A DNA stretch of 63,246 nucleotides, the filler included, from Choristocarpus tenellus KU-1152 (Eukaryota > Protista > Phaeophyceae), in the NCBI GenBank assembly GCA_964200185.2. It is 11 parts of 11 records of this genome, joined end to end, with 100 filler letters (N's around TTAATTAATTAA, not from the genome) between each part and the next. Parts side by side here need not be neighbours in the genome. Positions count along the whole stretch, not along the records: positions 37,581 to 40,502 come from CAXNAD020023638.1; positions 40,603 to 44,027 come from CAXNAD020020123.1; positions 44,128 to 50,455 come from CAXNAD020008380.1; positions 50,556 to 55,941 come from CAXNAD020010956.1; 7 more parts are not named here. One strand, given 5' to 3'. Of this stretch, positions 37,900-50,927 are shown piece by piece. Positions within the stretch are counted from its first letter, which is position 1. Each line of letters starts with the position of its first letter. The translations under genes were made by a program, and so were the position numbers. A model generated the notes under the pieces. It made no database searches and was not told where the DNA came from. It worked only from the letters and a program-made list of their open reading frames with translations.

Positions 37900-40230
37900 C
37901 TTCTAGTGTAGCCCCGACAGGCTCACCAGCCGTCAAAGAAAAAATCTCCCTAGGCGCACCATATACGACATGTGAAACAGTTTTCCAAGCAACACCCAAA
38001 CATCTCATACTCTTACTACTGACCTCGCTTCCGGTCACCCTTCTAGCAAATGCTTCAGTCCCTGCTACTTTCCCTCTGGTAAGGCAATCGTCATTTGTTC
38101 AGTGTCTATCTTCCAACCTACAACCTGCGTGGTATGCCATCCCGTCAGCTTTTTAGCTGACAAAATGGGGGGTTCTTCTACCAGTCTCTGCCCCAACAAT
38201 CTTATGTGGTCCAACACTAGTGAGTTTGTCGCCAACTTCAATCTCCTCCCATCATCAAACCATTGGGCCTCCACTAGAATACTGTCATTGACATACATCC
38301 TGGCAAAGAACGTGTCCTCTACTCCCCCCCCTACCACTTTGGGAACCTTCCATGTTTCATCTAACTCGCGCACCTCCCTCCCCCCCTTCTGTTGCGAGTG
38401 GCTTACCCCTATGGTCATTTCTTTTTCTTCCTTGAGTATGACTGCAGACTGGGGTTTTGTGTGACTGTGGGAACATTCTAACGCACTCGCCATTAGGTCC
38501 CACCACCCTGGGATATTCTTCCATCCAAACTGAAGTCTAAAGTCAATGACAATTACCTCTTCTACGCAATACCCAAACTTAACTTCCCCCTTTGGTGCTA
38601 CTGGGACTTGGCGAAACGCATCCTTAACATCCGTCTTACTTCTCATAATCCTTTCTCTGGGGAATTTCTTTCTCAGTCACACAATCCTCCCAATGACATC
38701 CTCCAACACTGTTCCACAATGTACTGGGGGGGCATCCTTTAAATCCATCTGTTCATTCACACTTAGACCCCACTCCTCTTGCTGGCACGACAAGTCATGA
38801 ATAATCCTCACCTTTGTTGGTTCTTAAATTACACCTACTGGGGACACCTGTAACCCTTGAATCTTCATCCATGCCGTTTTGGGGAACACCAATGCCCTAC
38901 CCTGAAGCACATCCGCTATAATCTTTTCCAAGAGGGCCTTACTATGATTCCCCACGCTCCTATGGTTACCATAACCCAATCTCTCATCTCTACCCCCCCT
39001 TCCACTTTCACCTCTACTGGCACCCCGGATTGCACTACCTGCTGGAGTCTCTCTATCAGGGGGAATCCCACCTTCTTTCCAAAATGTCTATCAATCTCTT
39101 CCCACTTCAATTGTTGAGGGCTCCATCTCTCACCCAACCTATCCACTACTTCCCCCAAGTCCCCCTTGTACTTGTCAAGCAGCACTTCTCCTCTCTTTGC
39201 TAACTTTCCCAACTCTGCCCCTGCTAATCCAGTTCTTTTTCCCGTTTTAACCTCTCCCAAACTTCGAACCACTCATCAACTTCATTATTTTTCTTTCCCC
39301 CACCCTCTCTACCTTTGATTAACCGGTGCAAAGACCCTGGTGGCAGAATCCCTGTCGTCCACTGCGCACGTTGTGGTAGTACTGAACTCCACTGGTCCTG
39401 TCTCGCCGGCCCATCCCCCCCGGGGAAGGGCCCGCACCCTCAGAGGTCCTTCTTGGTAGAGTCTTGCTTGGCCTTGTCTCTCTTCCCCGCATCTTCATCC
39501 TCCTCGAAGAAATGGTCGAACTTGCAGAAACCATGCTTTTTCAGGAATTCACAATCCTTTCCCACCTGAAAAGCGTAACATGGGTTATATGGCCTTCCCT
39601 TGCCACTCGATGCTCCGTCCTTAGTCCTTTCGTCTAGTCACGGAGATTTAGACGACCTCTGTTCCCCCCATATTCCTGCCCTCTTCATCGACCTTGACCT
39701 CGACTCTGTGCTATATAGCGTGGGCAACGTATTCCTTGCCTGGCTCAGCATGACTTCCATACTCGTAAGAGTGGGTGTCGGGGGTAGAGGGATCCATGTC
39801 TCGGGGGGTGGTGGGGCGTTAAATTTACTGCCAACAATGTCTGCTGCTGTTGCAATTTCTTTTGCCCACACTTCTAAATCCTCCTCCACTGCTCGGTATA
39901 TCAAATCTGCAGTCCTTGTATGTTAAAGTAGAGTGGGTTTGTTGGCCCCATAGAATGTTCGTACCTTGTATCTTGCTTCTTCGAGTTCCCCCACCACTTT
40001 TTCTGTTCTCCTCCGTCCCGGCGTCCCCGTACTTGCATATTTCCCTCACTGCTGCCACAAAGTAATCGAAGTTATCCGGTAGTTCGTCTCCTTTATTCGT
40101 CCTCCTCCCCAAATCTCCTTTAGGTATGAACTCCCTTATGTTGAAGTTGGCCATGTTCTCCAGTTGCTCCGCCACTGCCTCAGAAATGTCTGCTTTATCG
40201 TCGACTATTCGTTGAAGTTCGTTCCTTGTC
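37900..40230 (-). mobile_element. DIRS/Ngaro-type (tyrosine-recombinase) retrotransposon relic: gag-like region and reverse transcriptase
   Basis: RT motifs KTDVKDAFRQVPV, DFRLQFGW, MYVND (YVDD decayed) and VVGWKIDTEQMTIALPEGK are typical of DIRS-like RTs. Broken gag-like ORFs lie upstream at 39319-40175. Stops and frameshifts are present. Confidence 0.8.
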
Positions 40231-41527
40231 GCCTTGGCGTCGTGTTATAAATATGCTCTTTATTCATGTGTAAAATATGATTCTGTGGGAGAAATATTGA
40301 GTTGTTGAAGTATTATTGGATAATGGGATAATTCATTGTACTATTTTTGTCAGGTGACAACGGAAATATTGTCCGGGTTATTCTAGTGCAACAAGAAGAA
40401 TCCTAGAAAAGGAATGTTGTAGCTAGTAACATGGCAAGTAATCATTGATTGAGTGACGTGATATTAGGATATGTGAATCGTAAGGTGATGACCCCCTTTG
40501 AGNNNNNNNNNNNNNNNNNNNNNNNNNNNNNNNNNNNNNNNNNNNNTTAATTAATTAANNNNNNNNNNNNNNNNNNNNNNNNNNNNNNNNNNNNNNNNNN
40601 NNACCCCTCCCCCCCAGATACTTTGAGCCTGTTCTAAGGTGGTATAGGTCTGGGCTTGTTACACCTTTTTGGAGACTACTTCAAACATCAATGTACTGTC
40701 ATTCAGATTGGTCTGGTTATAATTTGTTTCATATTCTCAGTTGGTGATAGCATAAGCATTGCTATATTAGATGTATGATTTACCCTTTGTTTCACTTTCA
40801 TCCTCTCTGCGTATTCACCTGTGTGACAATATGACTAGGATAAGGCACATATATGGCATGCTCATATCTGATCATATTTGCCATGTTCGTTTCTGTAAGA
40901 CATAGCAACCATATATAACGAACCTGCATGTATTCTGTGTCTACTGAAGAATTGGCAACGGGTATCATAGAAAAACAATCCATTTGAAACGGCATCGCCT
41001 CAATTTTTGAAAAAATCATTTGCAGGCAATTTGCAAATCAATGTACCCCAAAAAACTCTCGACGCACGACATGAACCTTTGTAATCATAGTAGATACAGC
41101 AACAAAGGGCCTTGTCTCCTGTATAAACATACACACATACATGTACAAATACCGAACTAAATCTTTTTGTAACTAACCAGTCAGTCTGATAGAAAACATA
41201 GGGCAATCGATATATTTCTCCAACAACGAAAAGACATTTCAGGCCTATTTCGTTAGTCCCAATCGTGGGTCTGGAAACCCGAGGAACTTGATTAAATTGA
41301 TTAACAAAGCAAATTAAATTAGACCAATAGTACGATGGTTATCACGGAAATTTCTTTAAAAAAATCCAGTTACCTTCCAACGTATCACCACCAATTTTCA
41401 TGTTGTCATACAACTTCTCAATTTCACATTACAATAAATACATTTCCTAACTGTATGAATATAGGTTAATGTTGGCTACGCATGCGGTAGGGGGGAGAGG
41501 GGCAGGAGGTTACAGGATGAGAGGGGC

Positions 41528-41781
41528 TGTCAAATCCCGTCTACGACAGATAGTGTTTGCCACAATACAAGTAGCTCTATCTAGATGTGTCATGCGTTTT
41601 AAGCTGTAGACACTAGGGAGATGGGCAAGGGCGGGCTTACTAGATTCTTGGGATGCTTCCCTAGCTCCTCACCCTGGGGTGCAGGACTATGCTAGGTTGG
41701 AGGCACAGGAGGGCAACGGGGTAGGATACTTGGTAGTAAAAGAGGATGGTTACTGTTATAAAGCATGGACCAATAAAGACA
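41528..41781 (+). mobile_element. Possible LTR (copy of the 15265-16500 repeat family)
   Basis: Begins TGTC right after a purine tract (GAGAGGGGC) and ends AATAAAGACA. No TSD seen. Confidence 0.4.
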
Positions 41782-42853
41782 AGAGGAGATAAGATGTATA
41801 GAGTACAACAAACGCAAATCGTAGTTCGAATTATCGGAAATCGTATCCACCGTTTAGGGTTAGGGACCATCAGTTCATTCATTCGATGAGGTCCAGAGAT
41901 ATATCGCCTGTCTTGTGTACACCTGAAAGGTGTCGCCTAACGCTCCCTTGCAGGTAAGGAACCCCTCATTACTCTTGTACATGGCGGTTTATTGTAGACG
42001 GATGATCGTTAAGCCTCCCAACCAATCTTGGGTAAGGTGGGCCTCTGGATCGCATCTATTTGATACTTCGATTACATCATTGAGTTTGTGCGTTGCACCA
42101 ACGCTAGGCTTGGACGTGCTTCTGTGGCACACCCATTATTGCTTCAGTAACCAGCCGGTTGTACTAGTTCTTGGAAGTACAAATAGAAGCCGTTATCATG
42201 CCCTGATATGGATGGCACAAGACAAAGGTCGCAATGATGGGTTCTTCGTGGGCCTTTTCCACGAGGAACAGCGTATCCCAAACCCTGGAGAGTGTACCAA
42301 CTCCGTAACAAAGTTGTTCCTTGTGTACCTTTAAAGAATAAGGGGTCAGTAGTACTGGCTACTAATGGTGAGTGTGACTCAATCCTCGATATTGATGTCG
42401 TATGTCTGTCAGGACACCCGTATTTATGGAATGGCGAAAATTCTGTTGGCGTTAGGTGAAGCTTGGGCGGGAGTAGGTGCCGTCCGGTGACCCTCCAAAG
42501 GGGGCTCTATCGAGAGGTACAATCAACGACCTATCCCCAACTTCTTGTAGCAGAGATATCGTCTGCCATGTGCTATTGACCGCCTTTATCTGATACTCAA
42601 CAACGACACTCGCTTGACGTTGGGAACCTTTTCACAGGTGCCAGATGTCATCTTCTGAAAGCGAAAGCATCTTTGATCGATATGCCTATAAATCAGCATC
42701 CGTGGCGGGTAAAAACAACAAAGGTGGAGGTACAACAGGTACGACAACAGAGGGTGGGCCATTCCCCCCCCAACCCTGACGAAGGTACTGTCACAATAGG
42801 ACAGTCCTTGCCTCGCTTCAACTAACAAACGCTGCACTCCTTTCCCATCTGTC

Positions 42854-43109
42854 ATGGCGGTGCCGTTCCCTGTAGGCAGGAAGCGCAGGGCGATGAAGGT
42901 TGAAGCCTCCGACTCTGGTGAGGACGTTACCTCTCCAGAGATCAAGCGCGCTGGAGGAAATAGTGCTGGTGGGAGAGAAGGGGCGGGAGACGACACCTCT
43001 GAAGGCGTGTCTTCCAGTGATGAAGAGGCGTGGTTCAAGAAAAAAAAACCTTCAGTAAAACTTGTGAATCAGTCGGGTGAAGGGCGTGGGATCAAGCCCC
43101 GTGCCACTG
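42854..43109 (+). CDS. First coding exon of an unknown, probably nuclear protein
   Basis: ATG in GTCATGG context; basic clusters RKRR and KKKK with an acidic/Ser-rich linker; donor G|GTGAGT at 43110; CpG-rich upstream region. Confidence 0.55.
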
Positions 43110-44307
43110 GTGAGTATTGGCTCAGGATGTGACTTGAGCTTGCAAATGTCATCCATAATACACAGTTTTGCATATGTTGGGTGTTTGGCCTTTGAGCGTT
43201 TTCCTCAAATCTTGTTTTGTTTGAATTCACACACTCTTGATAAGGGGTGTGGATGTTGAGAGTTCGGTTGTGGGGATTGTCTTGAGAGTATGGATTGCTG
43301 TTGTGCACGACACTTGTACTTAGGTATCACGTATTGTAGGAGTTCACAGAGAGTTGGTTATGTTTGTGCAAGGCGAGGATGTTTAAGGTGCGTCATTGGT
43401 GAGGTTGACCTACAACTGTACATATTTGGGTGATATCCTGGGCTATTTCTTATCCGATCACATCCAGTTTTTAGTGTGTGTCCCACAGGTTTTTATCTCT
43501 TCTGGGCGACTTTTAGATCTTTTATGAGTGGTCTACAGTGCCGAGCTTGAAACGTATCCTACTGGGGTGGCGTTATGATGCTATACCACTTTGTTTGATG
43601 CTGCAGGTCGTCCGTCCCAGGCACAGGTAACAGGGTGGATGACACGTAACAGGCCCTCTGACATGACGTCGGCCCAGCGGGAGAAGAACATACGCCAGGC
43701 CAAGGTGAGACAACAGCCCCCTTTTTTTTAGTGTGGAAACTAGTGAGGAGGGGAATGTGGGTATTGCTATATGCACAGATAATAGTTATTACAAAGAACA
43801 AAGAGGGAGCTGACACTGGGGTTGAGGTTTGGTCCATAGTCCAATGGCAAGTAACATAGTACTCTATAGCAACGGGGGAACTATGTTGCCAGCAGATCTA
43901 CTGTGAGAGAGGAGCTTGTAACAAGGGGATTCAGGATGAAATGTGAGCAAGAGGGAATGGGAGGGCGTGTGGTGGCGGGCATGGGCAGGGGTGAGAGCTT
44001 AGGCGTAGGGTAGTACAGGGTGTGATTNNNNNNNNNNNNNNNNNNNNNNNNNNNNNNNNNNNNNNNNNNNNTTAATTAATTAANNNNNNNNNNNNNNNNN
44101 NNNNNNNNNNNNNNNNNNNNNNNNNNNCCCCCCAGATACTTTGACCCGTAGGGATTGAGCCATTAGCCGGGTGTACCCTATCCATTCAAGAAGACACTGG
44201 CACAATTTCCAATGTCCAAGTTCCAGTATTAGACTCAAGAAATGAATTTAATCACAAGCATGCAACACTGTGCCTTAAATAGCACAATGTCCTCCATCTT
44301 ATGATAG

Positions 44308-47300
44308 AACATCCTCACATATCGACCCTTATGGCCCACTGTTGTCCAACCACTAAGCCCCCGAAAAAAGATGCCACCTGGATCAACCTCTCCTCCCAAC
44401 CCCCAATGCCACAACTTCAGGTTGATGGGTCGCATGATAGGGAAGGCCCTTAAGGATGGTAGGATGTTAGACCTTCCGCTGGCCCGTCCTCTATGCTCTA
44501 TGCTGGTGGGCATTGGTAGGATGGGCCAGGGATGGAGGCATGCACATAGATATGATTATGGTGTGGGGCAAGGGCGCCCATTGACTCTGTCAGATGTAGG
44601 GCTGGTGGATGAGAACCTGGGCCGATCACTGGAGCAGGTTGTGGCCTTGGCAAAGGAAGTGGAAAGGTCCAAGGTAATTTTTTTTTTTTAGTGAAAGGGG
44701 CAATATTTTTGTTGTGTTGGCTTCGAACAGGTTTTGTACTAGAAGTCACAATGTGTGTTCCATTCAAGTACGGGACCCCACATGCCTTCAGTCCAGGGTT
44801 TTCAGAGCAGCAATGGTGAATGCTAGTGACAAGAGAACACTAGCAAGAACTACTCTAGACCTCGAGAAGGTGCTATTTCAATCAGCTCTAAGACTTCCAA
44901 GCAATTTCGTTTTATTGATGCATGCATCATACCTTCACACCATTTATCTTTGTGTAGCCAACAACATTCCTCCTCTTCCCTGTTGAATAGGCATGTCTGG
45001 TGCAGAGTAACACCTCTCAGGTCAAGTCTTCACTCCCCCCACCTCGTTCAATGGAAGAGCTGAAGAAATGTGTTGAAGATATGTGCCTCATGTGGACACC
45101 ACCAGGATCACCCTGGTGAGGAATTTAACATCTCTCTTCACCCCGCACATCACCAGATATAGTAAACTGCGTATCAAATGAGAATAGAGTTATAAGGGCT
45201 CAGATTTCACTTCTCCTTCCTGTTTCGATGCCATTATACCTGGAAGATATGTCAACCTTGTTTCACCCTTGGTCATTCCTATGTATTTCGTTCCCCCCTT
45301 GTTTTCTTTACGCTTCCACCCATACACCTGGTCCTGAAACGCCTCACAATGAACATGAACAATATCAGGTGTGAATTGCAACCAGGGGGTGCAGACTTGG
45401 AAGTTGGTGCCGGAGATCTAATGGAATGGGTAGAACAGGTAACCAGACATGTCCTGTTGGACGGGGTTGTCCCCCAATTGGATCAGCTTGTGAAAGGTGA
45501 GGAATGAATGTGAAGAGGGAGAAGAATATGTGAGTACTTGATATCTGCTCCATAGATAGCAATGGCTGTTTATTTATAGTGTATCTCTTTGTATTTTATG
45601 TGGAGGTTATGATACTGTTCTTTTAGTCAGGTGAGTGGTTGGATATGCATCCAATCCCAAACCTTCATATTTGATTCAAGAGGTATCATACAGCCAACCG
45701 TTCACCACAAATCCGATTTCTCCTGAATTGCTGATAACAAAATAACGATATCCAACACAAATTCATAATTACTAAGAACCATTACATAATGGCAAGGTTG
45801 ACAATGATTCCACTCCATACCCATTTGTAGTCCACTTTTACGCCTTTACAGCGTTAATAGACAGGAATCAACCCCATGGATGACAATGACTTCATGAATG
45901 ATTTCAGAACTGACAGCCAACCAAGGTCACCTAGAAGTTCTCCAACCATTTCCCCCACCTTGAGCACGGATGGATTAGGTACCAACCCAATGGATGATGA
46001 ATCCGATTATTTTGTCCTTAAAGGACCAGTTCCATATGTCAGTCCTTCATTTGGCAAGTACACGCAAGGGTTGTATAGTCACAATCACTGTGTTTCGCAC
46101 TGCAGTATAGCTGTACTTGGCAGGTCGTTAGCAGTGAAAGGTCACCTGGCCGTTTTCAATGAGAAATCCAATGATCACCCCCGGGCACACTCCATTGCCT
46201 CTTCAAAGCAAGCATTACCTAGTTCACACTTGATAGGTTTTTAGTATACATGTGAGATATCGTATCACTTTTTAGGACTAGGGTTGATAGGTACAATAAG
46301 GTCATTTTATACTCAACACACTTATTGGAGGCTTTTGTCAATGGTATCGTTTTGCTTCCACATGACAGTACATGAAGGTTGCTCAAAGCACATTTCCAGC
46401 AAATGACTGGGCAAATCCACTGACTTGATACCACTTCATACAGGTGGTTCATCAGTGTACTAAAATCTATAAATTTATTTATCAAGCAGTGATGTCACCC
46501 ACTATATTTGGAATTTTAGAATGCGTTTACTCTCACCCTTATACCATCCAAGTGAATGTTCCCACTTGATATGAACCAGAAATCTAATAACACCCGCATC
46601 TAGTCGATAGATGCACAGCTTCACTGTTGAGGCACACATATACACCCTCCAACAGAGTGGCAGCACACCCCCAGTGTGTAGTACTTGAGTGTCTCCAAAT
46701 GGTGGGTGGAAGTCTTGGTGGGAGTTGCTTGGAACTCCTCCATTATACTGCAGCCTGCCAATTGCAGCAGCATCAGCAGTAGCTTCCTCTTATATTTCTC
46801 CATCATGATCGGTGCCACCTCCACCATTCTTCACAGAAACTCCATCTAGTTCTCAAACTTTAAGAGTACTGTCTTACCTGATTTCAATGAGTGTGACAGG
46901 CAAAGCAGGGACCACTATTGCCCCCACTGCCGCAGCAGGACCTCAACCAGCTCCCTCTTGCATAACACCATTTGCATGACACCATGCCTCACAACCATCA
47001 CTTACTCACACTCCATGTGATGCATCTTTTGTAAACCACTTTGAATGACAGGGATCATGTAGACATGACTGTATGAACTCTTGCTGTTTGACTCAGCCAC
47101 AAAACTGTGGTTGATGAATTGGAGGTATCCAGCCAACTGTTCTTGAGGAATCCAAATGCCATTCCCACACACACTAATTTGTCTTGTTAGAGAAGTTCCA
47201 TAAATGGGCTGGGCAAATACATGTGTGGACATGTATCAAAAAAATCAGTAGTCATTGTGTGCATCTACCAAACTGGCATGAATGGTGTCAAATCCGACAT

Positions 47301-48502
47301 TGCCTCTTTCTTGAGTGGCAGTGGTGCTTTTTGTATCAATAGTGAATTGGAATTAAATGACATTCCGTTCTTTTCCGCACACTCTCTTCACAGGTATTGG
47401 GAGTGATTCACCAGCTTGTGGTAGTCCGGGTCACTGGGTCATGTCCTTCTTGCACATATATCTGCACTTGTGTTTTTTTGGGGGGGGGGCATTTTATTCT
47501 TTCACGGGGTTAGGGTTAGGGTTACAACAGTTGCAACTATCCACAGCACTTTGCTCCTACAGAGGGTACAATTACAATTTCATCTATAGCGGAAACACTT
47601 GCCTTCAGTCTCTCAACCCTACTACATTATGTTGTCATTGTCATCTTCTGGCATTATTTTCTTGTGGTAGGTCTGACGGAGGCAGTGGACCCTAGACGAC
47701 TTGCAGTCCTAACTGCAAGTGAGTTCCAACAGCTTCTCAGTGGGGAAGGTGGTGGCGCTGGGGGAGATGAAGAGTGGAGTTATCCCACTGTGATGGCTAG
47801 TATTGTGTGCCGGCATGGATACACCAAATCCAGCGCACAGGTATGATTGAGCATATTGCTCATTCTCCCTCAAATGTTTTGTAGTTTTGGTGAGCATACT
47901 AGTGTGGATGTTTCAAGGGGATGGAAAGTTTGCGATGACGAGTAAGTGTGTGTGTGGTCAATTACTTGCTCAAAGGAAATTAAGGCAAAAAGATGGATAA
48001 TATGAGCGGGTGCCAAGGTGAATGGTTGTTGGATATAATGATGGAGGGGGTTGTGTATGTATGAGACTTATTGGTTCGTGTTTATATATATATAGATAGA
48101 TAGATAGATATCTGTGCACGCATGTGAATAAGGGAACAGGTAAGTTACCTGTGTACCACTAGTGTGTTGTTTACCAAAGTTTTCACCTGAACACTCCATG
48201 ACTGAAATATAGAATCTTCCTTTCCACCGTATTTGCAGTGCATTATACCCCTTTGAAGGTACTCACATTGAGCCTTGCCTCACCCCACAAAACACTGCAC
48301 TCTACAGGTGCAGTGGCTAGTCAGGACCATGACTGGGCTCAATCAAAACCAACGCCGCCGGTTCCTGCAGTTCATCACTGGCACACCCCGACTTCCTGTT
48401 GGCGGATTTGCAGCGCTTCGCCCTCGCCTCACCATAGTCCGAAAGGAGGTTTCCTTTGGAGCCACAACTGATATGCACCTGCCAAGCTGCTCAACATGCC
48501 AG
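44308..48502 (+). CDS. HECT-type E3 ubiquitin ligase, TRIP12/UFD4/UPL3-like (HECT domain exons; partial)
   Basis: Phase-consistent exons 44308-44673, 44991-45115, 45369-45496, 47671-47840, 48308-48502. Motifs FRLMGRMIGKALKDGRMLDLPL, VEDMCLMWTPPG, ELQPGGADLEV, HGYTKSS, FLQFITGTPRLPVGGF, LTIVRK, LPSCSTC (catalytic Cys). The last exon was not found. Confidence 0.9.
45700..47350 (-). mobile_element. Probable very decayed Ty1/copia-like relic inside a HECT intron
   Basis: Faint minus-strand similarity to the copia integrase C-terminus (LHVLSC...KASNKCV) and the RT N-terminus (TWELV-like ACATATGGAACTGGTC). Many stops. Confidence 0.35.
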
Positions 48503-50555
48503 GTGTGTCCTTAGTTCCAACATAGCTTAACCGGCATTTTGAACAGAAGCATATTGCCCAACAGGCAGTCAACTAATCCGAAAAATTCAAATTCAAATTC
48601 AAATCCATCGAGTAAAACAAGCAGGTCATCGGAGTCATTTAAAGGAATGAATTTGCGCCTGAACAATACAAGTAATTCCTTAAATACCGTGAACAGATTT
48701 TTCTCAAGCAATGCTGTACTGCCGACTAAACCAAAACCTTACATGTAACACTGAGTTGAACAGCAGAATGCAACAGCTTCAGAATACAGGTATGCTGCCC
48801 ACAACTGAGACAGTTGCCCCCCCCCACCCCCCTCCTTCCCTTATTCAACAGTTTCAATGTATCACACCTACATGTATCTTGGCAGTTTTTGGTGTTTGTA
48901 ATTCCTTGTTATCCCCCCCATACAGACCTATAGCTCCATCCATCACCTGTCCCGGTATGAAAAGGGATTTTTGAAGAGGGTTGAGAAGTAGTTGACTCAC
49001 AGTGGTGCCGACTGGTGCTGTTTTGCACTTAATGTTCACATAAGAGGTGTTCTTCCTCCATTAGGGTTGCTGTAGAGAGACAATCCTTGTGTTGAGATGG
49101 GTGGGGAGCCATCCGCTGTAGTATTAGCCAGTACCCTCCTTACCACGCATTTTAAGACCCACAAACCTAATGTTTTTTATATTTTACAACACACTGAACA
49201 AAATAACAATTTTTATTGGCTCTCTACCATGGCTAAGAATAGAGAGGTGGTGGCAAGGGCAGAGAGTTGCCGATTTTGTGCAGGGTAGTCGGCAGTGGTG
49301 TACCTGCCCGACAAGGTCCCAAATGTAGCACCCAGTGTGGTGAGCAGTGCAGAAATTAAATCATGAGCTAGACGACCCCCATGTGGTATAGGGTGCTGCC
49401 AGAAGAGTTTTGAGGGGGGGGGATCATTTCCATTTTTCTTCTCATACGCTTGAGAAAGCGACCATACCGAGTTGAGTTATGTTACGTTAGGGTTAGAGTT
49501 CACAGCACATACAACACTCAAGTTATTTACTACAAAGCTGCTCTATCCCTAACCCTGTCTCCACCTCCACGTGCCTATTCTGCCGTGCCTCCACCCCAAA
49601 GCTATTCAATCTTCGTTTGTGCCAGTTCTGCCATCTTTCTCTAGTTCACATGAGAAACTCACCCAAATTTCAGGTCTGAAATCCACCTCCCCAAACTGTC
49701 TACCATGAGGTAGCCGTATGAGGAGTTCTATGATGTCAACATGGCAGTAATATTAGGAATTTCTCTTGATACAGCTCATGTAATAAGAAATCTTGCTAAC
49801 ATTCCACTGATGCATACAGCAAGGTGGTGTATACCTTGTCGAGTCTATACAAAATGAGCAAGTGAACACCAATAAGTCACAACTATCGTGACAAAAGGCG
49901 TCAATCTTGCCAGTGCGCTGGCTGTATCATAGTTGAGCTCTACTCACTTCTTCAGCTCCTCTAGCTCAGACTCAGACTCAAGGCACTGGGGCAGGCATGG
50001 TCTCCACTGCCAGCTTGCAGGAGTCCTCCCCGTTCTGCACCTCATCATGCAGGGCAAATATCTCCTTAACAAACACAGCAAAGCTGGCATTACTGTCAGT
50101 ATATTGTATGGAGAAAACCTTGCACATGTACTGCTGAAGGCTAGTGATGAGATGTGAGCTGGACATCCTACATAAGTTCAGTATCTCCCTTGCACAGCAC
50201 AGAGATACATTAGACCCCTCACAGCAAAGATGGGAGGGGAGTGCTGTTGGAAACATTAACTCTCTGCTGACAAGTTTTTTTCCAGACCGACCCCTACGCC
50301 ATCTATATGAAACCGCCTATAATGATATACCAGTGAAACCACTATTGGATTAACAATATCCCATGATGAAGCAATTACTTCCTGGCATTATTATTGAGCC
50401 AGAGTAAAAGAGGGGTACCCAGGTTTTGACCGATTGACCCAAAGTATCTGGGGGGNNNNNNNNNNNNNNNNNNNNNNNNNNNNNNNNNNNNNNNNNNNNT
50501 TAATTAATTAANNNNNNNNNNNNNNNNNNNNNNNNNNNNNNNNNNNNNNNNNNNN

Positions 50556-50895
50556 GATAGAAGGCCTGACGGGCATCCCCAGGGGTCACCGGGACGCCAC
50601 TTCCCCTCCACGCCCCAGTTTGCATCGTATACTGTTGTTTACCCAGGGGGGATGGGGGGGGTGAGTGAGATGATGGGAAAGCGCAAGGGATGGAGATAGT
50701 GCAACGGGCAACCAACAGGGGGACAGGGTTCGATTTCGATATTTTTTTTTTCTGGGAAAACAAACATCCTCTGCCAGCTATGATTAATTTCTAGGTCTGA
50801 CTCAAAAAAATACCATGAGTATGTAAGTCTTCAAGTTAAGCTTCACATGCCGGTGACAAGCAGTTAAGTTTTCCACATATGTCAGTCTGTTTGTA

Positions 50896-50927
<32 letters not shown>

